64,000 nt of DNA from Candidatus Latescibacterota bacterium (GCA_965198115.1 OZ240241.1:4928001-4992000); one strand, 5' to 3'. Counted from the first letter of the stretch, positions 28,462 to 38,434 are shown. The notes: a model not told the origin generated them from the sequence alone. Program-made: numbers and translations.

Positions 28462-28653
28462 ACATGCCCCCTTTGCGAGAAAGTGAGATGTTCACGGGTT
28501 TTATGAGAAGTTGGACTAGTTCGTATATTCACGCATAGATGGGTAGAGAAAGACCCCCGATCGTGATCAAGACGACCAGGGGCCGGAGCACACTACCGGA
28601 TCGCACCAGTAGGTACACCCCCAAGATACAGCCTAAAGCCAGAGGAGATCAAG

Positions 28654-28854
28654 ATGAGTGTGAAAGTTGTTGGAGATCGCCTGCTGAAGCCCGCGGAAGC
28701 CGCCGAGTATCTCCAGTGCACGGAGAATACGCTCCGGTGTTGGGTGAGTCGCCGGCGCGTGCCTCACGTGAAAATCGGTAGGTCTGTTCGGTTTCGTCTG
28801 GCCGACCTCGAGGCATTCGTCGAAAAGAACTTGGTCAAACCCGTCGCGGCCTGA
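28654..28854 (+). CDS. Excisionase / HTH_17 DNA-binding protein
   Basis: LLKPAEAAEYL...TLRCWVSRRRVPHVKIGRSVRFRLADLEAF. Confidence 0.92.
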   Translation: MSVKVVGDRLLKPAEAAEYLQCTENTLRCWVSRRRVPHVKIGRSVRFRLADLEAFVEKNLVKPVAA

Positions 28855-28969
28855 GTTCGTCCAAACTCACGTCATGAACCTCAAAGGACTTGGAATCCGG
28901 TGATCTACGGAACCGGCGTCGCACTGCCTGGATATTTCTGATCAAACGTCCGTACGTCAGAAACATTCA

Positions 28970-31552
28970 TTGTGGACGCCTGTCCCGGCGACGACCGGAA
29001 GGGAAGAGGAGACCACAATTCCTCACTTTCCGTCCCCTTATCTGCGTGGCGGTGGATCCTTGAGAACAGACACTGACGAAGCTATCGCGCAATTCCGGAC
29101 AGCGATCCGCGATGCTGGGCTGACCCCGCCGGAGAGCATTGAGCCGGACGGAAGACTGCATCGCTTTTCCAGCAACGGCCAGCCTCGCGATGACGCCGGA
29201 TGGTATGTCCTCTTCGGCGACGAGTTTTCTGTAGGAAGTTTCGGCTGCTGGCGCGGCGGGATCTCTCAGACCTGGCGAGTGAAAGGTGACCGCAAGTTAT
29301 CCCCGCGTGAGCAGACCGTGCACCGAGAGCGAAAGGCGTCAATAAAACGCGTGCGTCAGGCCGAGTACGCAAAGTGCAAGGCAGAGGCCCAGAAGAACGC
29401 AGTAGAGATATGGCGAACCTCCGAACCGGCGACCGACGATCATCCCTACCTGGTCAGAAAGGGCGTGAAGGCGCACGGGTTGCGTGTGCTGGGTGATGGG
29501 AGACTGGTCGTCCCGATGTTTGAGGGGGCAGAACTCCATAGCCTGCAATTCATCCTGGCGGCAGGGAAAAAGAAGTTCCTGACCGGAGGGCGTGTGAGGG
29601 GCTGCTACTTCCCGATCGGACAGCCGGACGGCATCCTGTGCCTCGCGGAAGGCTTCGCCACGGCCGCCACTATTTACGAAGCCACAGGCCACGCCGTGGC
29701 GGTGGCCTTCAGCGCTAGTGGTTTGCCGTTGGTAGCGCGGCTGCTGCGAGCGAAGTATCCCGACCTGCAACTAATCATTTGCGCTGACGACGATACCAAG
29801 AAGGACGGCAGCAATCCTGGAATGACGGCAGCACAAGAAGCGGCTCGAGAGGTTGATGGGCCGCTTGCCGTCCCGGACTTCGGAGACGATTGGCAGGTAG
29901 GCGCAAGCGACTTCAATGACCTGGCGCAGCAGTCAGGGCTTGAGGCGGTAAAGATATGCATCGAGCGGGCCGAAGCTGTTTCCCGGTCGGAGCCAGTTAC
30001 GCCGGCCGGTCTGTTGGATGCGGCAGGCGTAACCGCTAACCTAAAGGGAGTGGACGCCGCGACGGATGCCCTTCGGCAACTGGTGCACGTGCTCAAGAAA
30101 ACCAGGGCAGACGACCTGCTGCGCGCTGGGGTGCGGGAGGAAGCTGTAAACCGCCTCAAGGAGGCGGGGATAACAGCGTCGGCGAGGATGGTCGATGCGG
30201 CGCTCCGCGCCCGGACGAGCGACGGTGAGGACAATGGGCAGGGACAACGTCTTCTGCTCACCGACCCCGAGCCGTGGGACGGCCCCGTGGACGGTGCTGA
30301 CTTGATAGATGAGGTGGCCCGCACGATTGTTCGCTACGTGGTGCTCCCCGAAGGTGCGGCGACGGCGATCGCCCTCTGGGTGTTGTTTGCTCACGCCCAT
30401 GATATAAGTGTCGTGTCGCCACTCCTCTCCATCACCTCACCGACGAAAAGATGTGGCAAAAGCACGCTGATGATGTTGGTCAGCGGCTTGGTGCCGCGAC
30501 CGCTACCGGCGTCAAACATCACGGCTGCTGCTCTTTTCCGGACGGTCGACACTTGTAATCCCACGCTTCTGATTGATGAGGCCGATAGCTTTCTCAAGGA
30601 GCACGAGGAGTTGCGCGGCATTCTCAACTCGGGTCATACGCGTGCGATGGCCTACGTCGTCAGGTGTGACGGCGACGACCACGAGGCGCGCGCCTTCTCC
30701 ACTTGGTGCCCGAAGGTCCTGGCCCTGATAGGGCAGTTGCCTGACACGCTCGCTGACAGGTCCATCGTCGTACCGATGCGTCGCCAGGGACGTGGGGAGC
30801 GCGCTGAACGCCTTCGCCTGGATAAGCTGAATCTGGAGGACCTGCGTAGCAAAGCGGCACGCTGGGCGGCGGACAATATGGGTCCGCTGCAAGGCGCGGA
30901 CCCGGACGTGCCGAGTTCCCTGGACGACCGAGCTTCCGACAACTGGCGGCCCCTGTTGGCGATCGCCGACTGCGTCGGCGCAGATTGGCCGGAAGAGGCT
31001 CGTAGGGCTGCCGTGGTACTGTCGGGGGCGCCGGAGGAGGATGGCGCGACCGGTACGCTACTGCTGGGAGATCTGAAGCGTGTGTTCGACGAGCAAGAGG
31101 TCGACCGCCTGACATCGGCCAAGATCGTCGAAGGGCTCATTCAGATGGAGGAACGGCCGTGGCCAGAGTGGCGCGGCGGGAAGCCCCTTACGCAGCGCGG
31201 CCTTGCCCGGCTGTTAGGGCCTTTCAGCGTTCGACCCCAACAGCTTTGGATCGATGGGGCGAAGACACGGGGCTACAATCGCGATGACTTCGTAGACGCC
31301 TGGACGCGCTACCTAGTTCCTGACCCTCCCACCGGGGCTTTTTCCGAGGGACCCCCGGCCCCAAGTGGTAGGTCCGGTAGGACCCGCGTCAGGACTGCGT
31401 TTCAGCCAGATTCGCAAGCGGTAGGCGCTCGCAATCCTACCAGTTGCGAAAACGCCCAAAAACCGCACCAGGACTGCCTCCTACCGGTCCTACCACTTGC
31501 AAACCGCCCATCTGAGACGGAAGTGAATGAAGATGGCTGGACGGAGGTATGA
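28970..31552 (+). CDS. Toprim primase fused to a DUF3631 P-loop domain (start may be TTG 29060)
   Basis: HPYLVRKGV, AEGFATA, ICADDD, SDFNDL, SPTKRCGKST, LLIDEAD and RASDNWRPLLAIAD motifs. Confidence 0.9.
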   Translation: MWTPVPATTGREEETTIPHFPSPYLRGGGSLRTDTDEAIAQFRTAIRDAGLTPPESIEPDGRLHRFSSNGQPRDDAGWYVLFGDEFSVGSFGCWRGGISQTWRVKGDRKLSPREQTVHRERKASIKRVRQAEYAKCKAEAQKNAVEIWRTSEPATDDHPYLVRKGVKAHGLRVLGDGRLVVPMFEGAELHSLQFILAAGKKKFLTGGRVRGCYFPIGQPDGILCLAEGFATAATIYEATGHAVAVAFSASGLPLVARLLRAKYPDLQLIICADDDTKKDGSNPGMTAAQEAAREVDGPLAVPDFGDDWQVGASDFNDLAQQSGLEAVKICIERAEAVSRSEPVTPAGLLDAAGVTANLKGVDAATDALRQLVHVLKKTRADDLLRAGVREEAVNRLKEAGITASARMVDAALRARTSDGEDNGQGQRLLLTDPEPWDGPVDGADLIDEVARTIVRYVVLPEGAATAIALWVLFAHAHDISVVSPLLSITSPTKRCGKSTLMMLVSGLVPRPLPASNITAAALFRTVDTCNPTLLIDEADSFLKEHEELRGILNSGHTRAMAYVVRCDGDDHEARAFSTWCPKVLALIGQLPDTLADRSIVVPMRRQGRGERAERLRLDKLNLEDLRSKAARWAADNMGPLQGADPDVPSSLDDRASDNWRPLLAIADCVGADWPEEARRAAVVLSGAPEEDGATGTLLLGDLKRVFDEQEVDRLTSAKIVEGLIQMEERPWPEWRGGKPLTQRGLARLLGPFSVRPQQLWIDGAKTRGYNRDDFVDAWTRYLVPDPPTGAFSEGPPAPSGRSGRTRVRTAFQPDSQAVGARNPTSCENAQKPHQDCLLPVLPLANRPSETEVNEDGWTEV
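31362..31499. repeat. Iteron-like inverted repeat array (putative replication origin)
   Basis: 21-bp IR with one mismatch (31362-31382 / 31479-31499); three GGTAGG forward and three CCTACC reverse. Confidence 0.7.
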
Positions 31553-31962
31553 CCATGACATCTTTGCAAATCCTCTCAGAGGTTCGCAGGCGGGGCATTG
31601 AACTGCAGGCTGTTGGCGACAGCCTACGTTTCCGTTCGATGCAAGCTGTCCCACCGGAATTGCTGTCCGCCATTCGCACCCACAGAACTGAGCTATTGGA
31701 GATGCTGCGCCTACCGGAAGACGGTGGCCAAACAGGTACGCCCAGTGCCGCGCCTGTAGGCATTGAACGGCTGGAAGCAGCTGAAGAGGAGTTTGTGCAC
31801 CTGGATGTTGTCCCTCTTGACGTTGTCCTTTGCATCGGAGACCCGGAGCAGCCCGGGTGCTGGCTGGCTTATCGACGGATGAACCGGACACGACAGGGCC
31901 GCGGGGACTCTCAGGCGACGGCGGTTTTGGAGCTTGCAAGAGCCGAGGGCGATGCTGGATGA
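31549..31962 (+). CDS. TubC-N-like small protein downstream of the primase
   Basis: ILSEVRRRGIELQAVGDSLRF...LLSAIRTHRTELL; ATGA overlap. Confidence 0.7.
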   Translation: MTMTSLQILSEVRRRGIELQAVGDSLRFRSMQAVPPELLSAIRTHRTELLEMLRLPEDGGQTGTPSAAPVGIERLEAAEEEFVHLDVVPLDVVLCIGDPEQPGCWLAYRRMNRTRQGRGDSQATAVLELARAEGDAG

Positions 31963-32459
31963 GGAGGTGTGCCCCAACATTCTCGGCCCGGTGGGATGTG
32001 TCCCTCGGGCTGTTGAAAGGGCAAGCCGGCCCTGGGGAATCCCAGAGCCCAATACGAGAGAGGGGACGACTATGAGCGAAGCTATTGCTGAGTTGTTGAA
32101 GGCCAAAGACCAACTTGCCGAACTGGCGAATCTGGTCGATGGGATGATGAACCAGATCGTGGCCTAATCTGGGAGAGCTCTTCCGATTTCGGACGCATCA
32201 AGGAGAGCGGGCCCCATTGGGCATATGGAGTCGTGAACAGGGCAGAGGGCTCGGGGTCACAGGTAGTAGGGTCCTCCTTGAGCGCCCTGAGGTCCTCCCT
32301 CCCTCCTGACCGCATTCGCCATCTACTCGTATCGTGGCTCGATGAGGCTGAGCCGAAGCGCCCCCGCCGGCAGTTTTCCACAGCCTCCCGGGAGCGTAAC
32401 CGTGGGCACAGTGGCCGAAACGGAATTTGCCTCACTGAGCAATCTACGCACAGCAGCTG

Positions 32460-32564
32460 ATGGAGGAAAACGGCATCGACCCCGAAGACATCGACGGGTC
32501 TGGCGAAAACGGCCTCATCAAGAAGGTGGACGTGGAGGCTTGGCTCGAACTCGAGGGCGTATGA
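32460..32564 (+). pseudogene. Fragment with an E3-binding (PSBD)-like motif
   Basis: LMEENGIDPEDIDGSGENGLIKKVDVEAW; overlaps the next start; 5' part disrupted. Confidence 0.55.
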
Positions 32565-33340
32565 CCTACGCCGAGGCGTACATAGACGCAGCTGATCCTG
32601 CGCACAAATCCGTCTCTGAGACCAACGACCTGGCCCTTCTCAGGCGGGCCACTCAGGCCACGATGCGCGAAGCCTCGGCCTGGCGCGGCGGGGTGTGGTG
32701 GTTTACCGAAGTCGAGATCGCCCTACAGGCCGGTATCAGGCTCTACGATGCCCCTTCGCGTGCGTGGAACCCCGTCACCCGGGACACGTCCGGTGAGTAT
32801 ATCCAGCTTGCCAGCTACGATGTGAAGACCTTCAGGACGAACAACGAGCTCTCGCTGCCGTTCGTGTCCAAGGAGTATGTCAGCTATTACGACACGAACT
32901 GGACCCATACCGCAGATGAGGGATCGGTCTATCAGTGGACGTGGAGCGGGGCGAAAATCGCCGTCTACCACACGCCCTCGCAAGACTACATCGCGGAAAA
33001 CCCCTACATCTGGGGAACCGCCTACCGGGAGCTGCACACCCCCAAGAACAATCCCTCAGATACTGCCGATGACGACAACTGGGACGACGAGATCGACGCG
33101 GTGCCCCGGCAGTACCATCAGGTGATCGTCGACGGGATCACCTACCACGCCTTCCGATTGTCCCGCAACGGCAACTACGTCAACGCACGGGCGATCTTCC
33201 ACGATGGCCTCGACCAGATGAGGGAAAAGTCGCGGCCCTACCTCGGGCAGGCGTCGGGCCAGATGTCGCCATCACCGGCGTTCCAGCGCGGAAATCAGGT
33301 GGTGGTGTCGCCGGGATACTCTGACTACGGACGGAGGTAA
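32561..33340 (+). CDS. Phage protein, probable head-tail adaptor
   Basis: Helix-beta-helix layout: MTYAE...LLRRA...IALQAGIRLYD...IAVYHTP...VPRQYHQVIVDG. Confidence 0.6.
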   Translation: MTYAEAYIDAADPAHKSVSETNDLALLRRATQATMREASAWRGGVWWFTEVEIALQAGIRLYDAPSRAWNPVTRDTSGEYIQLASYDVKTFRTNNELSLPFVSKEYVSYYDTNWTHTADEGSVYQWTWSGAKIAVYHTPSQDYIAENPYIWGTAYRELHTPKNNPSDTADDDNWDDEIDAVPRQYHQVIVDGITYHAFRLSRNGNYVNARAIFHDGLDQMREKSRPYLGQASGQMSPSPAFQRGNQVVVSPGYSDYGRR

Positions 33341-33341
33341 C

Positions 33342-33797
33342 TTGGTGAAGGTTGTAGCTTTCATCATCGCGATCTTTTCAGCTTCGGCATTCGGCCAGGT
33401 GGGCATCAACTTCACCAACCTCCCACCTCTGGGCTGGGACCCGTTCGAGGTTGCCGATTCGACGTTTCTGGTGGGGGCCGACACGGTTTCCGTCAAACTC
33501 ATCACCGGGGCTTTTGACTCCCTGGCCTACATCGGGAAGTTCGAGGGTCGTAACGACTCGACGAACCTGGTTGTCGTGGCCGACCAGGGATGGGACGGCT
33601 GGCGGTGGATCACCACAGACACTATCGACACGATCGTCCGTTCCGGGACGCTCCCGGACACCCTTATCGCAGAGGAAATCAGCGGAATCTTGAAAAATTG
33701 GCTGCCCCGGACCCGCATACGGCTTGTGTCGTCTGCAGGTCCCCTCGATTCGACCGCGGCCACGGTGACCATCATCCCCTTCTACCTTCGACGATAA
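33342..33797 (+). CDS. Hypothetical protein with a signal peptide
   Basis: GGAGG RBS; VKVVAFIIAIFSASAFG signal; beta-rich. Confidence 0.65.
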   Translation: MVKVVAFIIAIFSASAFGQVGINFTNLPPLGWDPFEVADSTFLVGADTVSVKLITGAFDSLAYIGKFEGRNDSTNLVVVADQGWDGWRWITTDTIDTIVRSGTLPDTLIAEEISGILKNWLPRTRIRLVSSAGPLDSTAATVTIIPFYLRR

Positions 33798-34171
33798 TGC
33801 ACCGACGACGCCTGCAAGCCCAGCCCCGGCTTTTGACTATCCCGAGCGGCGGGATCTATAACCTCCGCTCGGGGGTCAACGACTCGGGCGAGGCGATCGA
33901 AATTCCGCTGTCCTATATGAGAGTTTGCGAGAATATGTATGTCAACCGGGACAGCTTGATCGGCCGCGGCGGAACCCAAAAGCGGTGGGGTGGGGCTTCT
34001 CTCGAGGGCGGGGCTCCGATACAGCACGTCCACCAGCACTTCACGAGAGCGGGGCCACAGGGACTGCGGGTCTGGGTGGCGGGGTTGGGGAATTCTCAAT
34101 CCATGGCGCCGATGGTACCGGAGGACAAGTCAACAACTTCGGCGCAAGTGGGGGTGGAGGTGGACATTTAG
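33797..34171 (+). pseudogene. Truncated phage nozzle/stabilisation-protein-like N-terminus
   Basis: GVNDSGEAIEIP...CENMYVNRDSLIGRGG pattern, degenerating after about 34040. Confidence 0.45.
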
Positions 34172-34311
34172 AACGTTGGTTGGGAGGGGTTGGCGGTAAT
34201 ACCTTGGGCACAGACGGCAGTGACGGGTTTGACGTTCACCAACTCGGCGGGGAGTAGAAGTCGAACGCCCTCTACCTCACAGCTGGAACACAACCCTCAG
34301 AGGGTAATGAA

Positions 34312-34986
34312 ATGAAGAGTCTGCTACGTGCCGCAGCGGAGGAGTACCACAACCTGGAGAGGTACTTAGAGACTCGACACCGAGAGATAGTCAAGATTCT
34401 CGGGCCATATCCTGATTTGACCGACTCATACGGTCAGTTGATTTGTCACGCCACGCTGATACTGGGTAATGTAACTCCCAAGTCGAAGCAAGACGCCGCT
34501 CTGAGGGATCAGATGGCTGATGTGTTCGATTTCCTTTGCTCTGCACGGGAACAAGTCCTCGGGGGAATGCTGCATCTGGCCTATCCCTTAAGCAGGAGGG
34601 CATACGAGACCCTCTCACTGATGGTTCTATGTTTCCTGGACGACCCAACTGTGCAGAAGTGGGAATCAGGCCATCAGATCAGCAATTCAACGGTGAGGAG
34701 GAAGCTGTCCGAACATCCTATGGGAGAATCCGAAGCAGCTATGAAGAGCCTATACAAATTCTATAGTATAGCTGCACATCCGAACAGAGACATGATTCGG
34801 TACCGATACTTGGGTGAAGGCAATCAGTTTGTTCTGGGAGCAATAGCGATACCCGATCTGACCTTTACTTTCCATTCCTGCATGGCTCACGTAGATCTCT
34901 GGTTCTGGTTCGGTGCAGTAGTTACGCACGCATTCCTGGTCCGTCGAAGCCGGTGTCGCTCATGTCGCGGGGCCTCCCGTTTTTAG
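34312..34986 (+). CDS. Hypothetical helical protein (HEPN/DUF5677-like), probably 3'-truncated
   Basis: LSRRAYETL and LYKFYSIAAHPN motifs; lower GC. Confidence 0.55.
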   Translation: MKSLLRAAAEEYHNLERYLETRHREIVKILGPYPDLTDSYGQLICHATLILGNVTPKSKQDAALRDQMADVFDFLCSAREQVLGGMLHLAYPLSRRAYETLSLMVLCFLDDPTVQKWESGHQISNSTVRRKLSEHPMGESEAAMKSLYKFYSIAAHPNRDMIRYRYLGEGNQFVLGAIAIPDLTFTFHSCMAHVDLWFWFGAVVTHAFLVRRSRCRSCRGASRF

Positions 34987-35159
34987 AGTACTCTAACGGA
35001 AGACGCAAACCGTTTCTCACTCCCCGAACCTCCGATCGCGCCACGAGGTGTTCGGATATCGGTGCTGTCAACAATTAATTTCGACAGACAATAAATCGAT
35101 TCCAGTTGATTCCAAAACGCTGGATCCTAGTCCACCAGTGGCAAAGGGCCTATATTTTG

Positions 35160-36579
35160 GGCTCTATCCGGGTTTCTCAACGGTGAAACTATAGAATGAC
35201 AAGGTCATAGATCGTTCCCTACGCTTGGTTGTGTGTGTAGGACAATCAAAGCGAAGGGGGTGCGACCTATGACCGGGAGCAGATTACTATCGAAACTGCT
35301 GAGATTCAAGGGGTTCCGTGTTGTCAGCTGGTGGTTTGAGGGGAGAAGCTGTTTCGTCATCGCCGTAAAGCCACATAAGAATGGTTGTTGTTGTCCGGAG
35401 TGCGGCCGTCGAGGTAAAATCGTCCGCACAATGCCCCATCCGCGTCGGTGGCGTGACATTCCGGTGTGCGGGTGGAGGGTCTGGCTTCTCTACCATCCTC
35501 GGGAGATTCGGTGTCCTACCCACGGTCGTGTGGTCGAGGAGATTCCGTGGGCGGAGCGGTTCTCTCGGGTGACGTATCGCTTCGAGTATGCCATGCTGCG
35601 CTACTGCCAGACCATGACGCAGAAGGCGGCGTCCGAGTTACTGCGCATCTCTGCCTCGACGCTGTCGGATCTCCTTCACCGATCCATCACGCGGCTTCGT
35701 GAAGGTCATCGTATCCGAGGGCTCAAAACCATCGGGATCGACGAGATCTCCTACGCCAAGCGTCACAGGTACGCCACGCTCGTTTACGATCTGGACCGCT
35801 CCTGCGTGGTGTGGGTTGGCCGCGGCAGGGCGCGTAAAACGATCGATCGGTTCTTCACAGAGGCTCTCAGTCCCTACCGGAGATCCAAGATCGAGTGGGC
35901 CTGCTGCGACATGAGCGAAGCTTACATCGGAGCCATCCAGGAACACTGTCCGAATGCCAAGCTGGTCCTCGATCGCTTTCACATCGTCAAGGCTCTCAAT
36001 GCCGCCGTTGACGAGGTCCGTAAGGACCAGTGGCGTAAAGCTGCCCCGGATGAGCGCAAAGCCATGAAGGGCCTCCGATGGCTCCTCTACCGGCACTCAG
36101 CGACACGCTCCAGAGGGGATACTCGGACACTCGAAGCACTGGAGAAGGCGAACTACCGAATCTATAGAGCCTGGAGACTCAAGGACGAGTTCGAGCAGTT
36201 CTGGGAATACAAAGCGCCCTGGGCTGCCGAACGCTTCCTGAAATGCTGGACGACGTCCGCACTCAGAAGTCGACTTGAACCCCTGCGAAAGTTCGTCAGG
36301 ACCCTGCGACAGCACTTCTTCGGCGTCCTCGCATTCGTGAACACGCGTCTTACCAACGCCATCGCCGAAGGCCTCAACCGAATCGTCCAAATCGTCAAGA
36401 ACCGAGCCAGCGGATTCCGCACACTCGACGCATTCAACGATATGATCTTCCTTACCGTCGGAGACATAAACATCCCTGAGCAGATTCCGAAGAGGTTCCG
36501 CACACTCTAACCGCGCCCCCATGCCAGGAACCACGGCACCTTCACCCACTTCATCTCGTTGAGAGATCCGGATATAGCC
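35160..36579 (+). mobile_element. ISL3-family element, copy 1 (1420 bp)
   Basis: TIRs GGCTCTATCCGG/CCGGATATAGCC; CTATATTTTG repeated on both flanks. Confidence 0.95.
35233..36510 (+). CDS. ISL3 transposase
   Basis: CPECG zinc finger; IGIDE, CDMSEAY, LDRFHIVK and TNAIAEGLN motifs. Confidence 0.95.
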   Translation: MCRTIKAKGVRPMTGSRLLSKLLRFKGFRVVSWWFEGRSCFVIAVKPHKNGCCCPECGRRGKIVRTMPHPRRWRDIPVCGWRVWLLYHPREIRCPTHGRVVEEIPWAERFSRVTYRFEYAMLRYCQTMTQKAASELLRISASTLSDLLHRSITRLREGHRIRGLKTIGIDEISYAKRHRYATLVYDLDRSCVVWVGRGRARKTIDRFFTEALSPYRRSKIEWACCDMSEAYIGAIQEHCPNAKLVLDRFHIVKALNAAVDEVRKDQWRKAAPDERKAMKGLRWLLYRHSATRSRGDTRTLEALEKANYRIYRAWRLKDEFEQFWEYKAPWAAERFLKCWTTSALRSRLEPLRKFVRTLRQHFFGVLAFVNTRLTNAIAEGLNRIVQIVKNRASGFRTLDAFNDMIFLTVGDINIPEQIPKRFRTL

Positions 36580-36634
36580 CTATATTTTGGCATCGAAAAG
36601 CACCCGCTGTTAGAATGACGCAAAAAGAGGGGCC

Positions 36635-37020
36635 ATGACACTCACCGAAAGCACATCGAGTGCGCCCATGTGTTGCGCCAGGCTTGAGATCTCGGGCCAG
36701 AACACGAAAAAAATGGCGTTGGAATATGGGTGTAACGCGTTCCACAATTTACAATTTATCCAACCTCTACACCGGATTCATGTTCCTTGCCGCCCGCCGT
36801 ATACGGCCCGGAGGCGAGATGGTCGCCATTGTCCCCCGTTCATTCTGCAACGGCCCCTACTTCAAGCCGTTCCGGGAACAGTTCTTCTCGATGATGAGCC
36901 TTCGCCACATTCACGTTTTTGAGAAACGAGACCGTGCCTTCAAGGACGACGCCGTGCTTCAGGAGAACATCATAATCCACGCCGTGAAGGACAACCGCCC
37001 AGGCGACATCACCATCACGA
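36635..37020 (+). pseudogene. BsuBI/PstI-type (Eco57I-like) adenine methyltransferase fragment
   Basis: NLYTGF...GGEMVAIVPRSFCNGPYFKPFR...IHVF..RDRAFKDDAVLQENII. Confidence 0.75.
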
Positions 37021-37029
37021 CATTGCTTG

Positions 37030-37270
37030 GGCGGCTATCGACGTGGCCTGTCTTAAAACACTTCAGCCGCTCGTACTCCTCCACCGCCCCACCACCACGA
37101 CCGGACGCACAAACCGCTTCACCGTTTCGTAGCTGCCTTCGTACCGCCGCCGGCAGCTCCTGGAACAACACCCGCGCCGAGTGGCCCACCTCCGCCGCAG
37201 GCACCGCCGCACCGTCTTGCGATCAAGATCCAGCTCGCGAGCAATCGCTCGGATCGATGCCCCCGCCGCC
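37030..37270 (-). pseudogene. IS21 IstA N-terminal fragment
   Basis: SIRAIARELDLDRKTVRR and YEGSYETVKRFVRP motifs. Confidence 0.7.
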
Positions 37271-37274
37271 GCGC

Positions 37275-37537
37275 CACCTGAGAACGACCAACATCGTCGA
37301 GAGCCCCTTTGCATCCGTGCGGTTACGAACCAACGCCGCCAAACGCTACAAGAAGGTCGTCGCGGCAAGCGCTCTCATCTGGCGAACACTGATGGTCGCC
37401 GAGAAACGCTTCCGGCGACTCAATGCACCCCATCTGTTACACGTTGTTTATGCACAGCACAACCAAACTATGACCACAATCGACTCCGGGAAGAAGCTGG
37501 CCGCCTGATCTATTTACACACCTCTTGACTCGACCTC
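37275..37537 (+). pseudogene. IS256 transposase C-terminal fragment with its terminus
   Basis: LRTTNIVESPFASVRLRT...AEKRFRRLNAPHLL, followed by TTTACACACCTCTTGAC. Confidence 0.75.
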
Positions 37538-37768
37538 CTCCAAAGAGCCCAAAATGCATCGGCACGTCACCCATCATATCCTGCATGGCATTTCTCCTTA
37601 GTATTGGTTTGCTTAAAGCCACTTAACTATTAATTTCAGATTGCATATCATCGCCTAAGACTAAGAACGACGACGCTGGCCAGTTTAGGAACTCCGCCGG
37701 CTACATAATGCCAATTTAAGTGCACACAACCGGTCCCAACGCCAGCAATTACATGAGGAGGAATAGGC

Positions 37769-38434
37769 ATGAAAGCGATAACAGATGCACTCGTGCAATC
37801 ATACCAGACATTTTTCACACAGTTATCTGCTTTTCTACCCAAGCTAATCGGATGTGTCTTGATTCTGATCTTCGGGTGGATTGCCGCCAAGATAATCCGT
37901 GCAGTTTCCGTGAGATTACTCGCTGTTGTACGTCTGCACGTGCTAACCGAAAAGGCCAAGATCGATCAGTTCTTGAGCGAAGGGGGGATCAAGCAGTCGG
38001 CCATTGAAATTATTGGAACCCTCTTTTACTGGCTTACGATGCTGATCGTTATTGTGGCTGCATTCAACAGCCTGGGTTTGCGTGTGGCGTCTGAACTGTT
38101 TAACCAGGTTATCCTGTTCATACCGAACATCATCGTGTCTATTTTTGTGCTCATCCTTGGCCTCTTCCTTGCCAACTTCACCAGACAGATTGTTGTCACC
38201 TATTCCAGGAACGTTGGCATACAGAATGCCGACACGATGGGTAACATCACACAATACGCGATTGTCATCTTTGTCGTCTCCATCGCTTTGACGCAGATGA
38301 ATATCGGTGAAGAAATTATAGCCAACCTGATTCTTGTCCTGTTCGGAGCCGTCTGTTTGGCGTTATCTCTCGCATTCGGACTCGGCGGGCGTGATTGGGC
38401 GTCGGGCGTGATCGAAAAATTTTGGGAGGAATGA
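37769..38434 (+). CDS. TM-helix repeat / MscS-associated (CmpX-like) membrane protein
   Basis: FLPKLIG, FIPNIIV and LAFGLGGRD motifs; GAGGAG RBS. Confidence 0.85.
   Translation: MKAITDALVQSYQTFFTQLSAFLPKLIGCVLILIFGWIAAKIIRAVSVRLLAVVRLHVLTEKAKIDQFLSEGGIKQSAIEIIGTLFYWLTMLIVIVAAFNSLGLRVASELFNQVILFIPNIIVSIFVLILGLFLANFTRQIVVTYSRNVGIQNADTMGNITQYAIVIFVVSIALTQMNIGEEIIANLILVLFGAVCLALSLAFGLGGRDWASGVIEKFWEE

Noticed and set aside
34978-34996. GTTTTTAGAGTACTCT resembles the start of a type II CRISPR repeat
   Set aside because: Single occurrence, with no spacers and no cas genes.
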